From Pirellulaceae bacterium (GTDB lineage Bacteria > Planctomycetota > Planctomycetia > Pirellulales > Pirellulaceae), in contig JBGSKM010000032.1 in NCBI GenBank assembly GCA_041741195.1, positions 29,764-93,763 of the forward strand: a stretch of DNA of 64,000 nt, in the 5' to 3' direction. The notes below the pieces were generated by a model that worked only from the letters and a program-made list of their open reading frames with translations, had not been told where the DNA came from and searched no databases. Both the position numbers and the translations under genes were made by a program. Of this stretch, positions 8,993 through 17,858 are shown piece after piece (within the stretch, counting starts at the first letter, position 1; each line of letters starts with the position of its first letter).

Positions 8993-10370
8993 GCTAACAT
9001 CCACGAGACGCGTTCGAGCCGCTGGTACCGTCATCAGCTCAACCCGCTCGCATGAAACTCAACTTCGATTGATTCAATCGACGCGGCGAGTGCAAACGAT
9101 TGCATTTATCGTATTGAACTTGCTCGGTGTCGCCATTTTGTCGATGGCATTCTTGCCTTGGCAACAATCGGCTCGCGGCACCGGACGTGTGATTGCATAT
9201 TCGCCCCAGGAGCGGATTCAACAAATCCTTTCACCCTCCAAAGGGATCATCGTTCGCATCGCGGAAGGTCTCGGCGACGGAAGTCGCGTTGCTAAAGGTG
9301 ATGTGCTATTGGAGATCCAACCGACGGCGGCGAACTTGGAGGAACAACTCAATCGCAGCCGAGCTGATCTAGGCGATAAACTCGACACCGCATTGTCGAA
9401 AGTTCAAATTTACGAAGTCAACATCGAAGGTTACGAAGCGGCTCGCGACTTCGCCGTCCAGGCTGCGGAAGAAGCCGTGAAATCGGCCGAGGCGAAGTTG
9501 GCGGCAAAGCAAAAGGCGCTGCCGGGCTACGAGGCCAAGCGGCTGCAAGCCCAGCAGAACTACGAGAGACAACGTTCACTATTAGCCGAAGGGCTCAAAA
9601 GTGCGAGGGAGGTCGAGATGCTCAAAAAGGATCTCGACGTGGCGACCGCGGACGTGGCAACGCTGCGGGAGGAGATTCGCGGTGCCGAAAAAGATCTTCA
9701 GAATAAGCGCGCCGAACAAGAGCAAAAACGGACCGAGGCGCAAACCAAGGTGGAGTCGGCCCGCGGAATGATGCAGGCCGCACTCGGCGAAGCGGCGACC
9801 ATCCGCAAAGAGCTTCGAGATCTTGAAGTCAAGTTGGGGGAGCTTGAACGGCTTGTCGTCAAGGCACCGGTCGACGGAACGATTCATCGGCTACCTGTCT
9901 TTACCGGCGGGCAAGCTGTCTCGGCGGGTGATTACTTGCTCACGCTCGTTCCCACCATGACCGAGAAGGCCGTGGAACTCTCCGTTCGTGGCAATGATCT
10001 GCCCTTGGTTCATGTGGGCGACGTGGTGCGATTGCAATTCGAGGGTTGGCCAGCGCTACAATTTTCTGGCTGGCCCAGTGTCGCGGTGGGAACTTTTGGC
10101 GGTGAGGTAGCCGCGATCGACCCCACCGATGATGGAATCGGGAAATTCCGGATTCTCGTCACACCATCGAGCAAGGAGGAATGGCCGGACGACCGATACC
10201 TTCGTCAAGGAGTGCGCGCAAACGGATGGGTGATGCTGGGGACAGTTTCACTGGGCTACGAGATTTGGCGACAACTCAATGGTTTCCCACCAGTGATCAC
10301 TGAACCAACGGGCGAATCGTCGCAGAAGGATGACGGAACATCAAAATCAAAGCCGAAGCTGCCAAAGTGA
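8985..10370 (+). CDS. HlyD-family periplasmic adaptor (membrane fusion protein)
   Basis: N-terminal TM (IAFIVLNLLGVAILSMAF), a long Ala/Glu/Lys/Gln coiled-coil hairpin, then barrel-type C-terminal segments (VDGTIHRL..., GDVVRLQFEGWP). The start overlaps the upstream stop by 8 nt. Confidence 0.85.
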   Translation: MSELTSTRRVRAAGTVISSTRSHETQLRLIQSTRRVQTIAFIVLNLLGVAILSMAFLPWQQSARGTGRVIAYSPQERIQQILSPSKGIIVRIAEGLGDGSRVAKGDVLLEIQPTAANLEEQLNRSRADLGDKLDTALSKVQIYEVNIEGYEAARDFAVQAAEEAVKSAEAKLAAKQKALPGYEAKRLQAQQNYERQRSLLAEGLKSAREVEMLKKDLDVATADVATLREEIRGAEKDLQNKRAEQEQKRTEAQTKVESARGMMQAALGEAATIRKELRDLEVKLGELERLVVKAPVDGTIHRLPVFTGGQAVSAGDYLLTLVPTMTEKAVELSVRGNDLPLVHVGDVVRLQFEGWPALQFSGWPSVAVGTFGGEVAAIDPTDDGIGKFRILVTPSSKEEWPDDRYLRQGVRANGWVMLGTVSLGYEIWRQLNGFPPVITEPTGESSQKDDGTSKSKPKLPK

Positions 10371-10395
10371 TCGTCAGCTACCGATTCGCCGCTGC

Positions 10396-12156
10396 ATGGC
10401 GTTTCATGTAGTTGGCGCGGTGTTTCACGTCGTCGGTGCGTCGTGGTTGATCTCGCTGCCAATCGAGGCCAACGGCAACGACAGTGGGCTCTTCCCCCCG
10501 GTCGTGGTTGCGGCAAAACCACAGTTCGAGATGATCGAAACGACGAGTTTTACGCAGGAGCAAGACGCATCTTCGGATGAGACAGAAGATGCGCCAGCGG
10601 ATTCCGAGGATCAGCAAGGCAAAGGGGCAGACGATGCTGGCGCGGATTCCGCCAGCATCGAAAAAACTTCCGAAGTGATCCCGCCAGGAGTGGTGGCCAG
10701 CCTTGAGGATGAAAGCCAGTCAACGCCGCTCGCGGAGCTTGAGCAACCGCTCACTTTCGACGTCGTGGCGACCTCGGTTTACCTGCACTTTCCTGTCATT
10801 CGCGAAGCGACTCAAGCGAGACAAGAAGCATTCGGCAATACCATTATGGCTCGAGGCGCCTTCGACCACAAACTCGAAGGCTACACGATCAACCAGCCGC
10901 TTGGGTTTTACGAAAACTATCGTCACGGGCTCGATTTTAAAACACCCATCTACCATAACGGTGGCGAGGTCAGCGCGGGATATCGGCTCGGTGCGGGCGT
11001 CTTTGAGCCATGGTACGGCGAACGTGAAACAAACGAGGGCGGTGAGTTCAAGTTATCGGCGCTGCTTCCGTTAGCACAGAATCGGGATATCGACCCACGA
11101 CGTACTGAGCTGAGAGTCGCGCTGCTGACATTCCAGCAGACTCAGCCCCAGTTGTTCGACAGCATGCTCGTGGCACAGAGGGAAGCGATCGAGGCGTATT
11201 GGTATTGGGTCGGTACTGGCCTGCAGCTACGAATTCAACGCGAATTGCAATCGCTCGCCGAAGAGCGTGTCGAGCAGATTGACCGGCAAATCAAGGCCGG
11301 CGATCTAGCCAAGATCGTGGGAGTTGACAACCGACGATTGCTCGCCGGTCGTGAGATCAAACGTGTCGAGGCGGATGCCAAAGCAGGTCAAGCGGCTTAC
11401 AAATTGTCGCTGTACATCCGGGACCAAAATGGGCGGCCGGTATTGCCCCCGCTCGCCAGTGTGCCACATGACTTACCGGCGGTCGATTCAGAACCGCTTG
11501 CGACGGCTGATGTGATCGCAATTGCACTCCAGCGTCGTCCCGAATTGGACGTCTTGCGGATCGAGCAACAGAAGCTAAACGCCGAGTTGCGTTTGGCGGC
11601 GAACCAGATGTTGCCCACGGTGGATCTCGGGCTCCAGGTGTCCCAAGATGTCGGAGGTCTCGCCAGTAGCAAGGGCGACAAGCAGCCATTGGTCGCAGAG
11701 GCGGCGCTCATCGGCTCCGTTCCAGTACAACGTCGCAAGGCGATTGGAAAGCAGCGTGCACTGCGGGCGAAGATTGCCCAACTGGACGCCAAATACCAGT
11801 ACGCGACGGAAAAGATCGCTGCCGAAATCGGTCAAGCCGTGGTCGCTCGCAATACGGCTGCGATGCGAGTCGAGCAATCCAAACAACTGCTCGAACTTGC
11901 CCGACAAACGCTGGCTGCCGGACGACGGGGCTTTGACAGTGGTGACACGGACATCTTGCTGTTGAATATCTACGAGCAATCGCTCGCGGATGCGGAATCA
12001 TCACTCGTCGCCGCCGAAGTTGACTTTTTTGTCGCCGAGGGAATGCGGCGGATTGCTTCCGGCGAACTACCCGGCCAGGACTTTAATTTCCCAACGGAAA
12101 TGTCGGAGGACTTCGACAGGTTCATCCCGATGAGTGGGCTGGAAGTGGACGAATGA
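10396..12156 (+). CDS. TolC-family outer membrane efflux protein
   Basis: Two repeats of the OEP pattern: LTFDVVATSVYLHFPVI..., RPELDVLRIEQQKLNAELRLAANQMLPTVDLG.... Start set at the first ATG after the HlyD stop; the ORF-track start at 10330 overlaps HlyD. Confidence 0.8.
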   Translation: MAFHVVGAVFHVVGASWLISLPIEANGNDSGLFPPVVVAAKPQFEMIETTSFTQEQDASSDETEDAPADSEDQQGKGADDAGADSASIEKTSEVIPPGVVASLEDESQSTPLAELEQPLTFDVVATSVYLHFPVIREATQARQEAFGNTIMARGAFDHKLEGYTINQPLGFYENYRHGLDFKTPIYHNGGEVSAGYRLGAGVFEPWYGERETNEGGEFKLSALLPLAQNRDIDPRRTELRVALLTFQQTQPQLFDSMLVAQREAIEAYWYWVGTGLQLRIQRELQSLAEERVEQIDRQIKAGDLAKIVGVDNRRLLAGREIKRVEADAKAGQAAYKLSLYIRDQNGRPVLPPLASVPHDLPAVDSEPLATADVIAIALQRRPELDVLRIEQQKLNAELRLAANQMLPTVDLGLQVSQDVGGLASSKGDKQPLVAEAALIGSVPVQRRKAIGKQRALRAKIAQLDAKYQYATEKIAAEIGQAVVARNTAAMRVEQSKQLLELARQTLAAGRRGFDSGDTDILLLNIYEQSLADAESSLVAAEVDFFVAEGMRRIASGELPGQDFNFPTEMSEDFDRFIPMSGLEVDE

Positions 12157-12169
12157 CGCCAAAAAGCTC

Positions 12170-13216
12170 TCAATGAGTTTGGGGCGATTTTGCCAGCCTG
12201 ACGACCAATTGCTCGAGCAAGAATCGGTCGCGACCATCGGAGCTGTGAGTGCCCTTGAGCCGCAAGTCCGAGTCCAATAGCCACTCGAGCAGCTTTCGTC
12301 CGCGAGGGCGACCGAGTGACTTGAGTTGGTGTTTCGCGCGTTGCAATTCGGCGGGCCAGCGGATTCCTGCGGACGACAACGCGTCCTCGAGCTGTACGAC
12401 TTGTCCGGTCGCTTCGCGATGCAACACGATCGCGGTCGCCATCCCGAGTCGACGAAGCGAAAACGATATCTGTGGCAACAAGGCGATCGGTTTCTGGCCG
12501 CCGCTCATCAATTTGTCAAGTTGACGCAGCGCCTCAGCAGCGTCCCCCGCTGCGATCGCATCGGTGATCTGCCAAACCGTTTTTCCTTGCCAACCCGCGA
12601 CGACGTCGTGCACGAGTTGTTCGTCGATCGTGGCGCCCGGTTCGCCGTAGAGAGCCAACTTGGCGATCTCCGTATCGAGCATCCCCATCTCTTCGCCGAG
12701 CAATTCGACGAGCAAATCCGCCGCGCCTGCGGTGAGTTTGGTTTGGTGCCGCTTGGCGAGATGGTCTGTCAAAAATTTGCGGCGTTTCACCGCCGTCACC
12801 CCCGTCTTTTTATCGACAGCCGACGCGCAAGCGACCACGAGATGATCTTTCTCAATGGCCCTGTAGAGTTTGGTGTTCGAGGCCAGCGTGTCCATTTCCA
12901 AGATCAATCGACTCGCATCGGACGGTGCAGCGACAAACTTTTCTAATTCCGCGCGATGGTCACTGACAAACTTGTCCGCGCGACGCACCGCGATCGTCCG
13001 CTTGTCACCAAAATCAAACAAGGACGCGGTCGCCAAATCGTCTCTCAAATCAGCCCAGCGAATGGTTTCACCGTCGAACTGGGTCACGTCCCCCTCGCGA
13101 GTCAACTCCGCAAGCGACCAAGATCGCAAACTGGAGTCGCTACCAAAAATCGCCGCCACCGCGGGAGCCTTCGGTTGCGTTTGCCCCAGCAAATCAAAGG
13201 CGTGCACGAGCGTCAT
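12170..13216 (-). CDS. holA: DNA polymerase III delta subunit
   Basis: 348 aa. The length and layout fit HolA: an N-terminal clamp-loader-like fold (AVAAIFGSDSSL...) and a helical C-terminal domain (GQKPIALLPQISFSLRRL). Assigned by recognition only. Confidence 0.65.
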   Translation of the reverse strand: MTLVHAFDLLGQTQPKAPAVAAIFGSDSSLRSWSLAELTREGDVTQFDGETIRWADLRDDLATASLFDFGDKRTIAVRRADKFVSDHRAELEKFVAAPSDASRLILEMDTLASNTKLYRAIEKDHLVVACASAVDKKTGVTAVKRRKFLTDHLAKRHQTKLTAGAADLLVELLGEEMGMLDTEIAKLALYGEPGATIDEQLVHDVVAGWQGKTVWQITDAIAAGDAAEALRQLDKLMSGGQKPIALLPQISFSLRRLGMATAIVLHREATGQVVQLEDALSSAGIRWPAELQRAKHQLKSLGRPRGRKLLEWLLDSDLRLKGTHSSDGRDRFLLEQLVVRLAKSPQTH

Positions 13217-13484
13217 GGTTTGCCTTCAGCGCCTATTTAATGAAATCTAGTTTCGCGAGCCAGCGTCGGAGCAATGTCGCCAATGCTGGAACGGGGTAAA
13301 TCGCAGTGAGCGATCAATTTAACAGCGAGCCGGCAAATGCCCGATGGGAGGCACCCACAAAATCCTGATCGTCGGCCGCGGACACCTGCAGCGGACTTCG
13401 CTAATATTAGGGGCTTCCGCATCGACTTTTCTGCTCAATACCTCGAATCTCCATGAAGGCATCACCGCCGTGATTGATGCGCCA

Positions 13485-15416
13485 GTGCAACGACGTCGCA
13501 ATTTCCTATCCATTGCATTGATGGTGGCGTCTTGGATGGTTGCATGCGCTGGCGTGCGAAATGTGAGCTCGTTTTGCCGAGCCGCCGAGGCGGGCCGCTT
13601 CGCACAGAGTGACTCAAGTGCGCGGTATGTGCATTGGATCGATCTTTATGATACTGCCAATCGCAAAATCACTGCCGATTCGAAGTTACCATACTCACCA
13701 AAAAACACCTGCGGTCGATGTCACGATTACGATGCCATCTCGCATGGCTGGCACTTCAATGCGATGGATCCGACGATTCCCTCGGGGCGACCGAGTGAAC
13801 CGTGGATTTGGACCGATCCACGCACCGGAACGCAGTTGCCATTGACCTATCGAGTATCCACTGGAGATCGCTCGAGTGTTTTTGATCCCCGCGAAGTTGG
13901 GGTGACCGCGTGGCAAATGACGGTGCAGTTTGGCGATCGATTTGCCGGTGGCGGCTTCGCTTCAAAACCTCCAGCGGCGGAGCCGGGGACCGCGACTTCG
14001 CGCTGGGATTTGGCGGGCTCGATGGAGGTCGATTGTATGGTCTGTCACGCTGACTCCGGCAGCTACGATTTCGAATCTCGACGTGCACAAATCGAGAACG
14101 AAAATTTTGCTTGGTCTGCGACTGCGGCGATTCACCTTGGGACCGTCCAGGGCCAAGTTTCCCGAATCAAAGACGGTGTCGATCCGCAGGACGAAAAAAC
14201 AATCTCCATGCTGCCGCAAGTCAGTTACGACGCGGATCGATTCGCCTCCGATGGCAAAGTGTTCTTTGATGTGCTTCGAGAACCACCCAACAACGCCTGC
14301 TACGGTTGCCATAGCAACGGGCAGGTCGTTGATGGTGCGATTCAATCACGCTGGGTCCATGACGAAGATGTGCATCTTCGTGCCGGGATGTTGTGTGTGG
14401 ATTGTCATCGCAATGGGATTGAACATCACACCGTCCGTGGGTTTGCCGGAGAAATGCATCCGACGGGAACCGCGGTCCACACCTTGTCGTGCAGCGGATG
14501 TCATCTTGGTGCGGAACCGCTGGCGGACCAAATCTCCGCTCGCGGTGGCCGGTTGGGTTCACCGCGACCACTTCACGCGGGATTGCCTCCCGTTCACTTT
14601 GAACGATTGTCGTGCACCGCATGTCACTCGGGGCCTGCGCCGCGCGACGCAGCGATTGGGATGCTGACCTCGCTCGCTCACGGTCTCGGTTCGAGCGAAC
14701 ATCGTTCGGGCAGCGAGTTGCCACTTATTCAAGGTCCGGCCTACGTCAAGTTGAATGACGGTAAGGTCTATCCGCAGCGCATGGTTTGGCCTGCTTATTG
14801 GGGCAAGCTCGATGGAGACGCATTGACGCCGCTATCACCTTTGGACGTTTACGAGTGGACTCGCAAGTCCTTGCGGGTGCGCAAGAGCTTTGTGGATGAA
14901 GTTGCCAGCGATCCGGAGAAGTTTGACGAGAAGATCGTCGCGGCGCTGGTTGCGATCGAGAAGGAATCGGGCGCCAAGCGAGCCGTCTATGTGTCGACAG
15001 GACGTGTTTACGCACGTGGAAATGTGGGGCTGGAGGAGCTCACGAAAATGGAAGCTGATGTCGGTCCCGTCACATGGCCGATTGCTCACGAAGTCCGTCC
15101 GGCCGGTTGGTCTTTGGGTGTCGGCGGGTGCATCGAATGTCACCGTGATGGTGGCAAGATCTTTGATTCCACGGTGCGAGCCGTTGGACCGGTCAAGTCC
15201 GAGTCGCCTGCCATTTCGATGGCCTCGCTCCAGGGCGTGGATGCGAATCAACGTTTGCTTTGGAATCGATTGTTTGGTGGCCGAGCGAGCTTCAAGTTGC
15301 TCGTCGCGGGATCTCTTATGGTCCTCGCGATCGTGATGTTACTGGGACTCGCATCGGCCGGCGCGTCGCTCGCGAAGCAGCGATCGGTGAATACTTCGAC
15401 TGATGAGGCCTCGTAG
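13485..15416 (+). CDS. Heptaheme c-type cytochrome with a C-terminal membrane anchor
   Basis: Seven CxxCH motifs: CGRCH, CMVCH, CYGCH, CVDCH, CSGCH, CTACH and CIECH. C-terminal TM LLVAGSLMVLAIVMLLGLASAGA. The GTG at 13485 gives VQRRRNFLSIALMVASWMVACAGV, a Tat-like RRxFL signal. The ORF-track start at 13344 is also possible. Confidence 0.8.
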   Translation: MQRRRNFLSIALMVASWMVACAGVRNVSSFCRAAEAGRFAQSDSSARYVHWIDLYDTANRKITADSKLPYSPKNTCGRCHDYDAISHGWHFNAMDPTIPSGRPSEPWIWTDPRTGTQLPLTYRVSTGDRSSVFDPREVGVTAWQMTVQFGDRFAGGGFASKPPAAEPGTATSRWDLAGSMEVDCMVCHADSGSYDFESRRAQIENENFAWSATAAIHLGTVQGQVSRIKDGVDPQDEKTISMLPQVSYDADRFASDGKVFFDVLREPPNNACYGCHSNGQVVDGAIQSRWVHDEDVHLRAGMLCVDCHRNGIEHHTVRGFAGEMHPTGTAVHTLSCSGCHLGAEPLADQISARGGRLGSPRPLHAGLPPVHFERLSCTACHSGPAPRDAAIGMLTSLAHGLGSSEHRSGSELPLIQGPAYVKLNDGKVYPQRMVWPAYWGKLDGDALTPLSPLDVYEWTRKSLRVRKSFVDEVASDPEKFDEKIVAALVAIEKESGAKRAVYVSTGRVYARGNVGLEELTKMEADVGPVTWPIAHEVRPAGWSLGVGGCIECHRDGGKIFDSTVRAVGPVKSESPAISMASLQGVDANQRLLWNRLFGGRASFKLLVAGSLMVLAIVMLLGLASAGASLAKQRSVNTSTDEAS

Positions 15417-15817
15417 TGTCCAAGCTCATTCGCATCACCTCGGGCGTCTTGGTGCTGGTTGTCGTCCTGGCGTTGTTGCTGACATCGATCCCTGGCGGTC
15501 CGCTGCATGGCCAATGGTTACTTGTGCACATGATGGCCAGCGGCGCGCTCGTGATGCTTTTACCGGCCTTCGCGATTTCTTGGCTCGCCCCGGCGATTCG
15601 TGGCGTTGCCTTGGGACGCGGAATGGTGATCGCCTACTGGGGACTCGTCGTTGGCGGATTCATCACCATCGCCACGATGTTCATCTCGATGTTGCCGTTG
15701 GCCGGAACCGATACCCTGCACAGCCTCATCGTGGTGCACGGTTACGCTGGTTTCGCGATGGCAATTGCTGCGATCGCATTCGCACTCGGTTGGGTTGTTA
15801 ACCATGTCCGAGTTTGA
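15416..15817 (+). CDS. Small 4-TM membrane protein with paired histidines (possible heme-b/quinol-side partner of the cytochrome)
   Basis: The GTG start overlaps the cytochrome stop (TAGTG at 15414-15418). Four hydrophobic helices. His pairs PLHGQWLLVH and LHSLIVVH lie at helix ends. Confidence 0.6.
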   Translation: MSKLIRITSGVLVLVVVLALLLTSIPGGPLHGQWLLVHMMASGALVMLLPAFAISWLAPAIRGVALGRGMVIAYWGLVVGGFITIATMFISMLPLAGTDTLHSLIVVHGYAGFAMAIAAIAFALGWVVNHVRV

Positions 15818-15835
15818 GCATCGCTCCAAGGCCGC

Positions 15836-17719
15836 TTACGGCTTTCGGCTGGCGCCTTCGATGTAACGCAATTGATCGTTGACGAGAGTTTCGAGTTCGA
15901 TCGGCTTCTTGCACGTGCACTGAAAAGTGCAAATCAGCATCTCGTCGGTCGAGTCGTCACCCCAACGGACTGCCTTGGGTGGCGAGTTAGGGTTGAGCGG
16001 ATTATTCGTTGAGTTGTCAAACCAGGCATCGACGTTGATTCGAGTCCCCTTGGGGAGCAAGATTGGATTGGCGAACGCATATTGGCCTTGCCAGTTGAAG
16101 TCCCATTCCTTGATCCACAACAGCGGCAGCACGCGAGCATCAGGAAGGGTCGCCGATACCTTCATCTCACTACCAAGCACGTGCATGTGGGGAACGATGT
16201 CCAGCATCAGCGTCGGTACGGGCAAGGTGTAGTAAGCGTGTTCCAGGTGGTGCGAATTGCCAGCGGGGATATCAATTCGCTTGTTCCCGACTTGGACTTC
16301 GACCACGACTTGTCGAGCCGACGGTGGCGCGAAATACAGCCCGATCATCGAACGGTCTTGCTCGGGCTTACCAGTAGCGACGTAGTGAATCTCGGCGACG
16401 ATGTCTGCGTCACGCTCGATCAATCGGCCCATTCCAACGGGTAATCGATGCGGGCTCATTCCCGGAAACCAACTGCTCAATGTTCCTTGCGACGGAAAGC
16501 GTGGGCCACCGAAGCCCTCGTAGCCAGGACCCGGGGAGGCGGCGTCCAGTTTTCGTCCCATGTGCTTGGTGTCGAGATAGAAACTGGCGTGATGAACCGA
16601 TTGGGGCGAACCGGGGTGAAAGTCGATTGCGGTGATCAATCGATCTTCGACCAGACCGGTGGGAATGACAAAGTATTGGCGAAGGTCGGGGCCACTTGCA
16701 GGTATTCGGAACGGTTCGCTCATCGTCAGGATCAAATCGGGTTGACCGAGCGGCCAACCCTCGACGAAGTCAACGGGAATGGGCAAGTCAGCAACGTCTC
16801 CCTCGGGTTTGCCACTTTTCACCCATGCTTCCACGAGCGACAGCTCAAGCTGTGATAGTCGTTGTTCGTCGCGGAACGGAGCAAATCCCGTTTCGGGTTT
16901 CCACGGTGGCATGAACCGGGAATGCGTCACCTCCACAATCTGGTTCGCGTGCCCACTGACATCTTCATAGGTCAGCAAGTCAAAGGGGCCCGAACGATTG
17001 GGGCGATGACATGAGGCACAGTTGCTTTGGATGATCGGCGCGATATCGCGAGTGTAGGTGATGCCGCCCGAAGTGACTTTGTTGGGCGGATCCTCGAGTT
17101 TGCAGCCGATCGGCGATGTCTGAGGGACATTCACCGCGACTCCAGTGGCGAGCGAGTTGATCGCATCGGCCAAATACGCCTGGTTGGCCCGCTCTTGTTT
17201 TTGTCCCACGCGAACGTACAAATCGTCGATCGCCCCGCGATATTGCACTCGCGAGAATCGATCGAGCACAAAAGCCTCCGGCGTGTGCGTGGGGGCAAGT
17301 GTCATCCTTAATTCGCCAGAGCCATCGAAGAGCACGGGAAACTGGATGCCAAATTTTTTTCGATGCTCGCGAGCGTTAGTTAGCGTCACATAGGGATCAG
17401 AAATCACGCCGTAAAATTCGACGCCACGTTTTTGGTTTTCATCCGCGAGTTGACTCAGTTGTGGTAGATAACCATTGCTAATCGGACAGCCCGTTGCCAA
17501 AAACACGACAACGACCGCTCGAGTTCCCGGGCGTTCACCGAGTCGATGAAGATTTCCCGACAGGTCGACGCATTTCAACGAATCTGGCTTTGCCGCAACT
17601 TGACCATGTGCTCGATCGGCGCTCGGCATCACGCACATCCAAGCCAAAATTGCGAAGACCTGCGACCATGTCCCTGAACCAAAAGCGAACGACCGAATCG
17701 ATCGTGATGATGCATCCAT
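15836..17719 (-). CDS. Fusion protein: AhpC/TSA-type thioredoxin fold, cytochrome c (PSCyt-like) and PHM/DBH-like copper monooxygenase fold
   Basis: Signal peptide. Redoxin motif VVVFLATGCPISNGY. Heme motif DIAPIIQSNCASCHRPN. Copper-ligand-like residues VHHASFY, EIHYV, VPHMHVLGSEM and STDEMLIC. Confidence 0.8.
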   Translation of the reverse strand: MDASSRSIRSFAFGSGTWSQVFAILAWMCVMPSADRAHGQVAAKPDSLKCVDLSGNLHRLGERPGTRAVVVVFLATGCPISNGYLPQLSQLADENQKRGVEFYGVISDPYVTLTNAREHRKKFGIQFPVLFDGSGELRMTLAPTHTPEAFVLDRFSRVQYRGAIDDLYVRVGQKQERANQAYLADAINSLATGVAVNVPQTSPIGCKLEDPPNKVTSGGITYTRDIAPIIQSNCASCHRPNRSGPFDLLTYEDVSGHANQIVEVTHSRFMPPWKPETGFAPFRDEQRLSQLELSLVEAWVKSGKPEGDVADLPIPVDFVEGWPLGQPDLILTMSEPFRIPASGPDLRQYFVIPTGLVEDRLITAIDFHPGSPQSVHHASFYLDTKHMGRKLDAASPGPGYEGFGGPRFPSQGTLSSWFPGMSPHRLPVGMGRLIERDADIVAEIHYVATGKPEQDRSMIGLYFAPPSARQVVVEVQVGNKRIDIPAGNSHHLEHAYYTLPVPTLMLDIVPHMHVLGSEMKVSATLPDARVLPLLWIKEWDFNWQGQYAFANPILLPKGTRINVDAWFDNSTNNPLNPNSPPKAVRWGDDSTDEMLICTFQCTCKKPIELETLVNDQLRYIEGASRKP

Positions 17720-17858
17720 GACTTATTTCGATCGTGAGAGAAGCGAGAAGACCGCCAAATCAGACAAAATGATACTGACGGCACTCGACATTCTAACCGC
17801 TCGGGAACGCCGCGTGTCGCGATTCGACCAGACATTCACTGTTTATTGCGGAGACGTT

